DNA of 64,000 bases, taken from the NCBI GenBank assembly GCA_950097015.1, contig CATNEN010000001.1, forward strand, positions 18,166,001-18,230,000, given 5' to 3'. Every line of letters starts with the position of its first letter. The stretch's first letter is position 1. The translations under genes and the position numbers were made by a program. The notes under the pieces were generated by a model, which was not told where the DNA came from, made no database searches, and saw nothing but the letters and a program-made list of their open reading frames with translations. Below, piece after piece: positions 35,301-48,700 of the stretch. This stretch comes from Macrostomum hystrix. Its lineage: Eukaryota; Animalia; Platyhelminthes.

Positions 35301-38300
35301 AATCTTCAGGGTTATTGTCCCCTCTGCTTCAGAGTTATTGTCCCCTCTGCTTCAGAGTTATTGTCCCCGAATCTTCAGGGTTATTGTCCCCTCTGCTTCA
35401 GAGTTATTGTCCCCTCTGCTTCAGAGTTATTGTCCCCTCTGCTTCAGAGTTATTGTCCCCTCTGCTTCAGAGTTATTGTCCCCTCTGCTTCAGAGTTATT
35501 GTCCCCGATTCTTCAGGGTTATTGTCCCTGATTCTTCAGGGTTATTGTCCCCGATTCTTCAGGGTTATTGTCCCTGATTCTTCAGGGTTATTGTCCCCTC
35601 TGCTTCAGAGTTATTGTCCCCGATTCTTCAGGGTTATTGTCCCCGATTCTTCAGGGTTATTGTCCCTGATTCTTCAGAGTTATTGTCCCCGATTCTTCAG
35701 GGTCATTGTCCCCGATTCTTCAGGGTTATTGTCCCCGATTCTTCAGGCTTATTGTCCCAGATTCTTCAGAGTCATTGTCCCCGATTCTTCAGGGTTATTG
35801 TCCCCGATTCTTCAGGGTTATTGTCCCCGATTCTTCAGGGTCATTGTCCCCGATTCTTCAGGGTTATTGTCCCCGATTCTTCAGGGTTATTGTCCCCGAT
35901 TCTTCAGAGTTATTGTCCCTAATTATTTAGTGTATTGTCCCTGATCCTTCAGGCCCATTGTCCCTGATTATTCAGTGTATTGTCATTCTGCCGGCTGGCA
36001 AATATTTTCGAATATTCCCCAACCCGCAGAGTGCCGGGCAGTTGGCTCGACCTTCTACCTGACGGTCAAGTCTGTGGGCTGTGAGTTTCTGCGCGAGTCT
36101 CAGGCCAGAGCCTGCGACTGCGCATACGGCGAAGGTACTTCGCGCAGCCCCGCACAGGAGAAAAGTGAGCCCAGCTGAGCGGCTTTGTTGACTCTGTCAA
36201 TTCTGTGCCAGCCAGCATCCATTGGCATTTCCGTATTTGCTTAGTGCGAACTAAAATGTATACTCGAGACAGGCGTGTCTGTCCCACCACTGACTCCGCA
36301 ATGCCTGCTTGTGCAGCGTGCGTTTGTAGATTACAGGTCTCGCAGCACTTAGGAGTAGACTGTTGGAGTGGAGTTTGGGAATATACTGTTGGAGTGGAAC
36401 TTAGGAGTAGACTGTTGGAGTGGAGGTTGGGAGTAGACTGTTGGAGTGGAGGTTGGGAGTAGACTGTTGGAGTGGAGGTTGGGAGTAGACTGTTGGAGTG
36501 GAGTTTGGGAATATACTGTTGGAGTGGAGCTTAGGAGTAGACTGTTGGAGTGGAGGTTGGGAGTAGACTGTTGGAGTGGAGGTTGGGAGTAGACTGTTGG
36601 AGTGGAGGTTGGGAGTAGACTGTTGGAGTGGAGGTTGGGAGTAGACTGTTGGAGTGGAGCTTAGGAGTAGACTGTTGGAGTGGAGGTTGGGAGTAGACTG
36701 TTGGAGTGGAGGTTGGGAGTAGACTGTTGGAGTGGAGGTTGGGAGTAGACTGTTGGAGTGGAGGTTGGGAGTAGACTGTTGGAGTGGAGGTTGGGAGTAG
36801 ACTGTTGGAGTGGAGCTTAGGAGTAGACTGTTGGAGTGGAGGTTGGGAGTAGACTGTTGGAGTGGAGGTTGGGAGTAGACTGTTGGAGTGGAGGTTGGGA
36901 GTAGACTGTTGGAGTGGAGGTTGGGAGTAGACTGTTGGAGTGGAGGTTGGGAGTAGACTGTTGGAGTGGAGGTTGGGAGTAGACTGTTGGAGTGGAGGTT
37001 GGGAGTAGACTGTTGGTTTAGTGGAGTCTTGGTGATAGGAATGACTGGCAGAGCGGTTAACGCTGTTGCCTCTCACAACAAAGTCCCTAAATTCGATCCC
37101 GCGTGTTCTGCGGGGCGGCAAGAAGGCTTGGGGGGCTTCCTGTGCAATTCACTCTCAGTACAGTGAGAGTGTACACAGCATTTTAAGGCAGATGTACTCA
37201 TCAGTGTAGGCGCGTGCCTGCGTACAGTATCTGGAAGACTACTTATTTAGTCAGTAAAATACTGTGTTAAAAGATAACACTTTATTTCCGTATCTATTCT
37301 TAGAACCTTAGCAGCTGGCTGTTCAGGCATGGTTTAGCATCTTCGTGTCGTCATATTTTGCTTGGTAAAAAAGTGAAATAGAATGGGACTAATATTCTGG
37401 TGATGGTTTTAAAATGCTGGTGACTTTTGTTTCACATTTAGAAATCTTTTACTAAAATTCAGTAAAACTTTATTCCTAGATTTGTTACTTTTATCTTACT
37501 CTATCGTATCGTTAATTATTGCCTGGTTTTCAGTGCAACCATGACCACACTCATGCAACAATGACCTCACTCATGCAACCATGACCTCACTCATGCAACC
37601 ATGACCTCACTCATGCAACAATGACCTCACTCATGCAACCATGACCTCACTCATGCAACAATGACCTCACTCATGCAACCATGACCTCACTCATGCAATC
37701 ATGACCTCACTCATGCAACAATGACCTCACTCATGCAACAATGACCTCACTCATGCAACCATGACCTCACTCATGCAACCATAACCTCACTCATGCAACC
37801 ATGACCTCACTCATGCAACAATGACCTAACTCATGCAACAATGACCTCACTCATGTAACAATGACCTCACTCATGCAACCATGACCTCACTCATGCAACA
37901 ATGACCTTACTCATGCTACCATGACCTCACCATTGCATCCATGACCTCACTCATGCAACCATGACCTCACTCATGCAACCATAACCTCACTCATGCAACA
38001 ATGACCTCACTCATGCAACAATGACCTAACTCATGCAACAATGACCTCACTCATGTAACAATGACCTCACTCATGCAACCATGACCTCACTCATGCAACA
38101 ATGACCTTACTCATGCTACCATGACCTCACCATTGCATCCATGACCTCACTCATGCTACCATGACCTCACCATTGCATCCATGACCACATTAATGCTAGC
38201 ATGACCTCACTCATGCAACAATGACCTCACTCATGCAACAATGACCTCACTCATGCAACCATGACCTCACTCATGCAACCATGACCTTACTTATGCAACA

Positions 38301-38540
38301 ATGACCTCACTCATGCAACCATGACCTCACTCATGCAACAATGACCTCACTCATGCTACCATGACCTCACTGTCCGACCCTCACCTGATTCGCCCAGTAC
38401 GTCAGTACAATCGCGAGGTTCAAGCCAAGGAGGCTGCGAAGGATCCGGAGTCCATCGTGGATGAGCTGCTTGACAGCGGCATCGACTTCACCAATCCGAT
38501 GTTTGATCTGCCCGAAGCCATTGATAGAGATGAACTTTAA
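32306..38540 (+). CDS. PLA2G12: Group XII secretory phospholipase A2-like protein. Exons 32306-32618, 34237-34304, 34400-34574, 36030-36134, 38398-38540
   Basis: Signal peptide; CHYECPNG; PNGCGS; TDCCNQHDICYGTCG...CD..F..CL (catalytic His-Asp present); C...SQARACDC; C-terminal RDEL. Phase-consistent GT-AG introns; AATAAA at 38703. Confidence 0.9.
33355..34009. mobile_element. MULE-type MITE in PLA2G12 intron 1 (~95-bp TIRs, 9-bp TSD)
   Basis: ggcagagcttattccc...ttatccacacagcagcttgt is mirrored at ~33914-34009. TSD taaatatat at 33346-33354 and 34010-34018. Confidence 0.85.
34626..35985. repeat. 23-bp minisatellite (gttattgtccccgattcttcagg)n filling PLA2G12 intron 3
   Basis: Tandem copies with a variant block ccctctgcttcagag. 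Confidence 0.95.
36350..37015. repeat. 26-bp minisatellite (ggagtagactgttggagtggaggttg)n
   Basis: Tandem copies. Confidence 0.95.
37035..37235 (+). mobile_element. tRNA-headed SINE-like repeat, copy 1
   Basis: A box TGGCAGAGCGG and B-box-like ATTCGATCCC. Body shares cagtgagagtgtacac...gtgcctgcgtacagtatctg with 42085-42330 and 47600-47795. Confidence 0.6.
37535..38370. repeat. 20-bp minisatellite (atgacctcactcatgcaacc)n
   Basis: Tandem copies. Confidence 0.95.
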
Positions 38541-38879
38541 AATGGTTCGATGGCACGCTCTGGTCTTGTTTGAGTTTTTGCTTTGCTAAATATTTATTTT
38601 TCTCTGCTAATTTACAAACTGCGCTACTTTAAGTAACAATGAAAGAAGCTAATATTAACTTTCAATTGGATATTTGAATTTACATGTTTTTGTCTGCCGC
38701 TAAATAAACATTTCAGTGGTACTGATATATAAGACATTCAGTTTTTATTTTTCGTCCTACATTCCAGATTTTTCGATTGATTTTTTGCTTCGCATCGAAA
38801 ACACTAATTGAAGATAGTTTTTTCTTCGTTATTTTTTGTCCGAAAGCCACAAATTGTTTTTAAACTCGTGATAATGGAT

Positions 38880-40195
38880 GTAGATTGATGGGGTAGACTA
38901 GATGGTATATTGATGGGGTAGACTAGATGGTATATTGATGGGGTAGACTAGATGGTATATTGATGGGGTAGACTAGATGGTATATTGATGGGGTAGACTA
39001 GATGGTATATTGATGGGGTAGACTAAATGGTATATTGATGGGGTAGACTAAATGGTATATTGATAGGGTAGACTAAATGGTATATTGATGGGGTAGACTA
39101 AATGGTATATTGATGGGGTAGACTAGATGGTATATTGATGGGGTAGACTAAATGGTATATTGATGGGGTAGACTAAATGATATATTGATAGGGTAGACTA
39201 AATGGTATATTGATAGGGTAGACTAAATGGTATATTGATAGGGTAGACTAAATGGTATATTGATGGGGTAGACTAAATGGTATATTGATGGGGTAGACTA
39301 AATGGTATATTGATGGGGTAGACTAAATGGTATATTGATAGGGTAGACTAAATGGTATATTGATAGGGTAGACTAAATGGTATATTGATGGGGTAGACTA
39401 AATGGTATATTGATGTGGTAGACTAAATGGTATATTGATAGGGTAGACTAAATGGTATATTGATGGGGTAGACTAGATGGTATATTGATGGGGTAGACTA
39501 AATGGTATATTGATGGGGTAGACTAGATGGTATATTGATGGGGTAGACTAGATGGTATATTGATGGGGTAGACTAAATGGTATATTGATAGGGTAGACTA
39601 AATGGTATATTGATGGGGTAGACTAAATGGTATATTGATAGGGTAGACTAGATGGTATATTGATGGGGTAGACTAAATGGTATATTGATGGGGTAGACTA
39701 AATGCATGATTAATGGGGCAGACTAATGGTATATTGATGGGGTAGACTAAATGCATGATTAATGGGACAGACTAAATGGTAGATTGATGGGGTAGACTAA
39801 ATGCATGATTAATGGGGCAGACTAAATGGTATATTGATGGGGTAGACTAAATGGTATATTGATGGGGTAGACTAGACGGTATATTGATAGGGTAGACTAA
39901 ATGGTATATTGATGGGGTAGACTAAATGGTATATTGATAGGGTAGACTAAATGGTATATTGATGGGGTAGACTAAATGCATGATTAATGGGGCAGACTAA
40001 ATGGTATATTGATGGGGCAGACTAAATGGTAGATTGATGGGGTAGACTAAATGCATGATTAATGGGGCAGACTAAATGGTAGATTGATGGGGTAGACTAA
40101 ATGCATGATTAATGGGGCAGACTAAATGGTAGATTGATGGGGTAGACTAAATGCATGATTAATGGGGCAGACTAAATGGTATATTGATTGGGTTA
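38880..40195. repeat. 25-bp minisatellite (atggtatattgatggggtagactar)n between the 3' ends of PLA2G12 and Pax6
   Basis: Tandem copies. Confidence 0.95.
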
Positions 40196-40609
40196 AGTAG
40201 ACTTAATGGAGGTCTGATGTATCAACAGTGACGGTAGCAATCATGCTATAGCTTTAAAACATTTGAAATTGATTATTTTGCAGTGTAGATTGGTGTTTGT
40301 GCGGTATTTCACAGCAATATAGTGCTTTAGTCATGTTGCAACAGTATTTATTTAATTAGAGAAAAGCTTTGAGAACAGGTGAGCAGTGAGCACATGTAGG
40401 TGAGCATAGCGCATACTTCTAAAAAGTTGCGTTGCATGCAGTTTTGTTCGCATCAGATATCAGGCTAATAATTCGCTTCGCTGTTTAACTAAACGATTCC
40501 TTGGCAAACACGAGCACAGCTATCATTACCTGATTGTTAACACGAAGCTGTACACTAACTCTACAGTACATAGCTATTTGTCGAGAGTAAACAATGCTAA
40601 TTAGGCCAA

Positions 40610-42728
40610 TCATTTGTCCAATACAGCCAATGATATTGCTTCTGGCTCTTGTACGGCTTCAAGCTGCCGCTGCTGCTGCTGCTGATTGTACTGTGCCTCA
40701 TAAACTGTCATGTTAGCATAGACTGCAGCTACCGGGTCCGCCTGTGGCTGGAGGGTCTGCTGATAATGATGCGGCGCCTGGAACTGCTGCTGCTGCTGCA
40801 TGGCTGCCGCGTAGCTCTGGTATGAGCTGGCCAAATAGGCTGCATCGTAAGACTGCTGCTGCTGGTGCTGCTGCGGCGGCTGCAGCTCTGGAGTATCGGA
40901 CTGTCTGTTGCAGCCCGCAGATCTGGGCTGCTGCTGCTGCTGACTTCGAAGTTTCTCTTCTCTTCGCCATTTCGCACGACGATTCGAAAACCAGACCTGT
41001 GGCGGTTTTTTACGAAGGAGATTGTGTACTTGTGTACTTTTAAAACCAGTGGGTGATTGTCACGGAGCTAGTGGATTGGAATAGATGTACTTTTACAACC
41101 TATGGATGATTGGAATAGACTGGACTGGTTGTACTTTAACACTCTTGCATGATCGGCACGAATGATTTGGACTGGAATGTACTTTTAAAACCTGTAAACA
41201 ATAGTCCTGAGTAGATTGGAACGTGTGTACATTTGGGAACCTGTGGATGATTGCCACGGAGTTGATTGGAGTGAATGTACTTTAAAGATTAGAACGAAAG
41301 AACTCTTCGTTCGCAAAACCCACTCGCAAAAACCATCCGTGACCCCTTGGCCCTGCTCACCTGGATTCTCGGCTCGGGCAGGGCGATCCTCTTGGACAGC
41401 GACTCCCTGGCGAACACGTCCGGGTAGTGCGTCCTCTCGAACTCCTTCTCCAGCCAGTCCAGCTGCTCCTGGCTGAATGCCGTTCGATTCCGCTGCAGCT
41501 TCCGTTTCAGCCGCAGCCGCAGCTCATCGCCGATGTCGCCAGCCGCAGCCGCCGCTTCGCTGGCCGAGGATTCTTCGTCGCCCGACTGGCCGGGCGAACT
41601 GGAAGTCTCTGGGAACTCCGCTGCGATGTGGGATTTGGGATTCGCACAGTTCAATAGCGTGTCAAATTCTGTCTTGTAGCGATAAATATTGTACCGTAAG
41701 ACTAAATTTGAATGCGCGCGCATCGTGTACTTGTCATTCATATGAAAATATAAATGTTTTAATTTATTTTTTAATTAAATATTAATATATATTAAATATT
41801 ATAACTTTAGACGAAACTAACTGCTATTCTTTTTTATAGTTGTAGATACGTAGGTACGAGTATCCGTTGCCTTCGAAACTTGAAGCGATTTTTTGTCGAA
41901 GGAAAGATTAAAAAATAAATACCATTAATACGATAGATATTAGACAAGTGAAATAATAACATATTAGGAAACATATTTTCACTTATTCTACTTGAATTCA
42001 AACGAAATCATACTTCGTATTGGAGGTGACCGTTAGAAATATAATATTATATAATAATTATATATAATAAAATAATAATATTTCAGGAAGGCTGTTGGCA
42101 TGCAATGGCGCACCACTTGGTGACACTAGACCCGCAGCCAGCGAGGAAGCAATTCTGCCCATTTCGCCGACTCCTGAGCACACACGCACACAGATACTGT
42201 ACGCAGGCACACGCTCACACAGGTGTGTACATCTGCCCTGACTTTCTCATCGTCAGGCAGTGTACACTCTCACTGTGCCTTGGAGGTTGGCCTTCAAGGG
42301 CGTAAATTGCACGACAAGCCCCCAAAGCCTTATCTCCGCTGCTGCTGTAATCAAATGATTACACTGGTAGTAAGAAGTTTCGACGTGTGATAACTTTAAA
42401 TGTCAGTTTTTTAGTTATTAAAAAATTGGCCTTTCGTCTAGTCCGAGTATAAATAATACATCTATAGTTATCAACAACCTGAGATTTAACCAAATACCGC
42501 TATATTCCTGTCACACTACTTGTATTGCAGCGTCAGTATGGTGTAACGAATATTCTATACGAATTTTTTTAGAAACTCGCCATTGACTCCGCCGCTGTCG
42601 TCGGCTGGCCTCGAAGCCGCGGCGGCGACGACCGCAGCTGCGGCAGCCTGGTGAAAGCCGTTCAAAGCGGCGGCGGCGAAGTTGGCCACTGAAACTGCCG
42701 CGTGATGCTGGTTGTAGCCAGCTGGTGT

Positions 42729-42759
<31 letters not shown>

Positions 42760-45700
42760 TGCTCATCCAGCTGGTTTGAGCAGTCAGTCTGGTGAGTCTG
42801 AGCATACCAGGCCGCGTGTGCCTGTCCCCAATGGCCTCCCAACAGCTGCAGTTTGTCATAGACCCCGCCATTGTTAAATGCTACCGCTGCTGCTGCTGCT
42901 GCTGCCGCCGCTGCTGCCTGCGAGTGTCCGACCGGGTGCCCGGCCGCGTCAGTAGCCGCAGTCGAAGTCTCTGTTGACAGATTTCGCAGCACCCGGTTGA
43001 TTGAGGACACCTGGAAATCGTCGGGTTTTTTAGCCTAGTTTTTATTAACAAAATAATAATATGATCTTTCTAGGTTGAGGTGAGATGGATTCGGTACAGG
43101 GAGTAAAAAGGAAAGGGAGGTGAGAATATGTTGCAGAGGGGAACGGAAGAACAGAGAGAAGAGGAAACAGAGGGGAAGAGGAGACAGAGGGGAAGAGGAT
43201 ACAGAGGGGAAGAGGATACAGAGGGGAAGAGGAGACAGAGGGGAATAGGAGACAGAGGGGAAGAGGAGACAGAGGGGAAGAGGATACAGAGGGGAAGAGG
43301 ATACAGAGGGGAAGAGGATACAGAGGGGAAGAGGATACAGAGGGGAATAGGAGACAGAGGGGAAGAGGAGACAGAGGGGGAAGAGGAGACAGAGGGGAAG
43401 AGGAGACAGATGGGAAGAGGATACAGAGGGGAATAGGAGACAGAGGGGAAGAGGAGACAGAGGGGGAAGAGGAGACAGAGGGGAAGAGGAGACAGATGGG
43501 AAGAGAAGACATACGGGAAGAGGAGACAGAGGGGAAGAGGAGACAGAGGGGAATAGGAGACAGAGGGGAAGAGGAGACAGAGGGGGAAGAGGAGACAGAG
43601 GGGAATAGGAGACAGAGGGGAAGAGGAGACAGAGGGGGAAGAGGAGACAGAGGGGAAGAGGAGACAGAGGGGAAGAGGAGACAGAGGGGAAGAGGAGACA
43701 GAGGGGAATAGGAGACAGAGGGGAAGAGGAGACAGAGGGGAAGAGGAGACAGAGGGGAAGAGGAGACAGAGGGGAATAGGAGACAGAGGGGAAGAGGAGA
43801 CAGAGGGGGAAGAGGAGACAGAGGGGAATAGGAGACAGAGGGGAAGAGGAGACAGAGGGGAAGAGGAGACAGAGGGGAAGAGGAGACAGAGGGGAAGAGG
43901 AGACAGAGGGGAATAGGAGACAGAGGGGAAGAGGAAACAGAGCGGAAGAGGATTGCATAAGGGAATATGGGATAATGGTGATAGGGGAATCGGTAAAGAC
44001 ACCAGGAAAGACACTCGTAGGTGTGCTTTTATCTCACAATATAATTACGCTACTATTGTTTATCGAAATTCCTTACGCTACGAACTAGTTTGAGTCAATC
44101 ATTTCGAGTTAAACTCCCCATTCTACATTAATTGGCAATAAAATAGTTTTTGTTGAAAACAGCAGAAAAGCCGGATTATCGCTGGTCAGTGAAGCGGCGC
44201 TAAGTTTGACCATCCTCCAACATCAGTGCTCAGAGCTTGGGCATTTTGAGTCGGTCTTTGATAGAGGAATGAGAGATCCATTTTGTTGTTATTAAACGAC
44301 AGTTTTGCTGAGCACTGCATAACTGCCGGGTGCTAATTAGGCCGGCTCAAATCTTGAGCACGCTACAGTTGGCAGCCAAGGATTCCCGCCCCCACCATCG
44401 CCTGATCCCCTTAGTCTAGCCCAGCAATTATCCTCATTTTCCCAATCCGGATGACAGCGGGCATCGGTGGATAAATCTGCGATTTGGAGGCCCACTGGGC
44501 TGCCTGGTCATGCGGAACACCCAAGGCCCCCCACAGTATCCCACTTGCCCGCTGTGGGTGGAATGCTCAAACCGTGCTCAAATATACCTGTGTGGGGATT
44601 TTGTGCATGGGATATTGTCGATTGTTTATGAGCGTGAGAGTGAGAAAGAGCGTGAGAAGGAGAGTCAGGGTGTGAGAAGCAGAGTCAGGAGGTGAGAAGG
44701 AGAGTCAGGAGGTGAGAAGGAGAGTCAGGAGGTGAGAAGGAGAGTCAGGAGGTGAGAAGGAGAGTCAGGGGATGAGAAGGAGAGTCAGGGGATGAGAAGG
44801 AGAGTCAGGAGGTGAGAAGGAGAGCCAGGGGATGAGAAGGAGAGTCAGGAGGTGAGAAGGAGAGTCAGGGGATGAGAAGGAGAGTCAGGGGATGAGAAGC
44901 AGAGTCAGGAGGTGAGAAGGAGAGTCAGGAGGTGAGAAGGAGAGTCAGGAGGTGAGTAGGAGAGTCAGGAGGTGAAAAGGAGAGTCAGTGGGTGAGAAGG
45001 AGAGTCAGGAGGTGAGAAGGAGAGTCAGGAGGTGAGTAGGAGAGTCAGGAGGTGAAAAGGAGAGTCAGTGGGTGAGAAGGAGAGTCAGTGGGTGAGAAGG
45101 AGAGTCAGGAGGTGAGAAGGAGAGTCAGTGGGTGAGAAGGAGAGTCAGGAAGTGAGAGGGAGAGTCAGGAGGTGAGAAGGAGAGTCAGGAGGTGAGAAGG
45201 AGAGTCAGGGTTTGAGTTCGTTGCGGCAATGGCTCACACTGGGGATGGTGTCGTGTCCGCAGACGCCCTCCTGCAGGAGTCTGTCTCGAATCTCCCATGC
45301 GAAGATGCTAGGGCATTCCCGCTTGTACATGGCGATGCGATCCACCACGGATTTGGTGGCCACCCGCGGCTTGGAGCCGCCGATAGCCTTGGGCATCATG
45401 GAGCCGGTCTCGTAGAAGCGACAGAGGATCTTCGACACGCAGCCGTTCGACACCTGCAGGATGCGCGAGATGTCGCAGGGCCGGGCGCCGCCCCTGGCCA
45501 GGTCGATGATGCGGTGCCGGGTGCTGTCGGGCAGCGGCCTGCCGTTCACGAACACCCCACCGAGCTGGTTCACGCCCGAGTGGCCTGCAGGAGGGGGCGG
45601 ATTTCTGTGATTGGGGGCGGATTCCTGTGATTTAGAGGCGGGTTCCTGTGATTTGGGGGCGGATTTCTATGATTTGAGGGCGGATTTCTGTGATTGGGGG

Positions 45701-48700
45701 GGCGGATTTCTGTGATTCGGGGGCGGATTTCTGTGATTTAGAGGCGGGTTCCTGTGATTTGGGGGTGGATTTCTCTGATTTAGAGGCGGGTTCCTGTGAT
45801 TTGGGGGCGGATTCCTGTGTTTTGGGGGCGGATTCCTGTGATTTAGAGGCGGGTTCTTGTGATTTGGGAACGGGTTCCTGTGATTTGGGGGCGGATTCCT
45901 GTGCTTTTCCGTTGGTTAGCGGATAGCGAATTCACACACGAGTTCTTCTTGAGCATCACTTTAGTTTGAGGCTTTATTTGCGCTGGGATTTGAGGGTGAG
46001 TTGCAGAAAAGTTTTAGGCCATGAGTAGTTTTCATGAGTGGTGCTCAGAATTTTTACTTTCAAACCTTAGAGCTGTTCTCACACTTTCTCTCTAACTCGA
46101 GTCAAACTCAAATAATTACTGAAGGGCTTCACCCTGTTTCTATGCTGCTGCTATGCTAAGCTTTAGAGGGGCGGGTGGGCAGCTCAGACTGGGTTGACAA
46201 GTTTGAGTCCCTCGAAATCCCTGCAATGTGGCTACTGGATCTGTTCGGCTTCCCTAGGAAATATCCTACTATACTAAACAAGGCATTATTGCCTTATAGA
46301 ACTGTAGTTAGATGATCGATCTTTTGAGAAGTCTGGCAAGGAGCTACCAGAAATCGGGCAGGAACTAACCTTTATCGTTTTTAACTCGATTTTGAGTAAG
46401 AATTCAAAACCTTTAGTAGAAAGAAAACTTGAAATTAAAAATAATGTCCGGTGCTTCGTCTCTCCGGTGTCTCATCTCTCCCGTGTCTCATCTCTCCCGT
46501 GTCTCATCTCTCCCGTGTCTCATCTCTCCCGTGTCTCATCTCTCCCGTGTCTCATCTCTCCGGTGTCTCATCTCTCCCGTGTCTCATCTCTCCCGTGTCT
46601 CATCTCTCCGGTGTCTCATCTCTCCCGTATCTCATCTCTCCGGTGTCTCATCTCTCCCGTGTCTCATCTCTCCCGTGTCTCATCTCTCCCGTGTCTCATC
46701 TCTCCCGTGTCTCATCTCTCCCGTGTCTCATCTCTCCGGTGTCTCATCTCTCCCGTGTCTCATCTCTCCCGTGTCTCATCTCTCCGGTGTCTCATCTCTC
46801 CCGTGTCTCATCTCTCCCGTGTCTCATCTCTCCGGTGTCTCATCTCTCCCGTGTCTCATCTCTCCCCTGTCTCATCTCTCCCCTATCTTATCTGTCCCCT
46901 ATGTCCCATCTCTCCCCTGTCTCAGCTTTTGCCCGCTAGTTACACCAGTCTGCCGACCCACTCTGCAGGGCGTTAAAAGAGTGAGGCGACGTACAGACCC
47001 TCATGCCGCTATGGCCTGAGGACGGCGACAAGACAAAAAATTGATCCCATAGGCTCTGATCCTATTCTCCCTGCTCCAATTCGACAGTCTCCAAAGCCTC
47101 AGCTCCCGCCAGCCGGCCCGGACCCCTTAGCCGCATTAGTCTCGTTCGAATTGATTTTCAAGAGAGCTCAGAGCTAGCCGCCTCATCAGACTGGGTCCTG
47201 ATTTAATTACCTCAAGCCCGCCGCGCAATCGACTATCCTGGCCTCTCCCCTCTGCCCCACCCCACTCCCTCCCCCCAGTCGCCCAGTAGGGGGAGAACAC
47301 AATCTGATCGGAATTTTCCTACACACTGTGCGAATCGGAGAGACAGTTTGGGCAAGCACTGTATATCACGCCGGGGTAGAGTGAGTAGAGAGAGAGGGTA
47401 GGGTATGAGAAGTATACTGGCTTCGGGTCTCTCCATATTGACGCGGCGATTCCATAGAAAGTCATAGCACTAAGGAGGCCTTAAACATCCATTCAAATTT
47501 CTACATCCCAGCTGATGCTGATGCCAACAGCCTACCCTTGGCCAGGATTCGAACTGCCAACCACAGCCCCTGAGCTCGATTCCGCGGCGAGGCCACATCC
47601 AAGGCACAGTGAGAGTGTACACTGCCTGACGATGAGAAAGTGAGGGCAGATGTACACACCTGTGTGAGCGTGTGCCTGCGTACAGTATCTGTGTGCGTGT
47701 GTGCTCAGGAGTCAGCGAAATGGGCAGAATTGCCTCCTCGCTGGCTGCGGGTCTAGTGTCACCAAATGCTGTGCCATTTCCCGCAGCCCTCCTGCAATTA
47801 CATGCACATACATGAGGCTTAACATTTAAATTTGAAGTTTTCGCAATCATTGTAACAAAATTATATCGATTTACCGAATGCGGCGCCGACTGAAAATGTC
47901 AATCTTTTTCTGGGTCGGCTATGCTTAATCCTCTTCTGTGGCGTCATTCCAGGGTCACTAACCCGCCCCCGCTAGCATGGATTACAGTTATCCCATTTCC
48001 CATTGCGAAGGCCTTGTCACGATACGCCCATGAAAATCACTGCTATGCGAGAGACTGTTATCAGCTGGTGAAATCTGGCCTATTCAGAATCCGCCTTTGT
48101 CTTATCCAGATTTTTTGTGTGTTAACTTTATTAACAAAGCCAGAGTAACTTTTTTATTTCCAAGAAAAAAACTTGTCATCCCTTCTCAAATAAACTCTGG
48201 GAAGACAAAGTCGAAGGAGGATGGATTTGAGACGGGCCAGGAATAGGGGAAATTTGATCGGAAAACACTGGGGATTGCGTGTCACTGCATGGATCTAAGC
48301 TTGGGCTCTAATAACTCACGGAATTTTGTAAATTTATCCTCAAACAGGGGGCAACTCGGCGATTAATTGGGAAGCCTTAAGAGGATCGGCTCGCGTGTTT
48401 AAAATTTTCTGACTTTAGTGATAAACTGATTCTTGCTCTCTGCCCGCCCTCTCCTTTCCGCTCTCTCCTTTCCGCTCTCTCTGTCTCCACTCTCTCCTTT
48501 CCGCTCTCTCCTTTCCGCTCTCTGTATCCGCTCTCTCCTTTCCGCTCTCTCCTTTCCGCCCTCTCCTTTCCGCTCTCTCCTTTCCACTCTCTCCTTTCCG
48601 CTCTCTCTGTCTCCGCTCTCTCCTTTCCGCCCTCTCCTTTCCGCCCTCTCCTTTCCGCCCTCTCCTTTCCGCTCTCTCTGTCTCCGCCCTCTCCTTTCCG

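Noticed and set aside
37535-40195. CRISPR-like arrays
   Set aside because: Units are head-to-tail with no unique spacers, there are no cas genes, and the context is eukaryotic.
41045-41290. Distinct element in the last Pax6 intron
   Set aside because: Only degenerate repeats (gattgga...tgtactttt) consistent with a decayed minisatellite; no termini or TSD.
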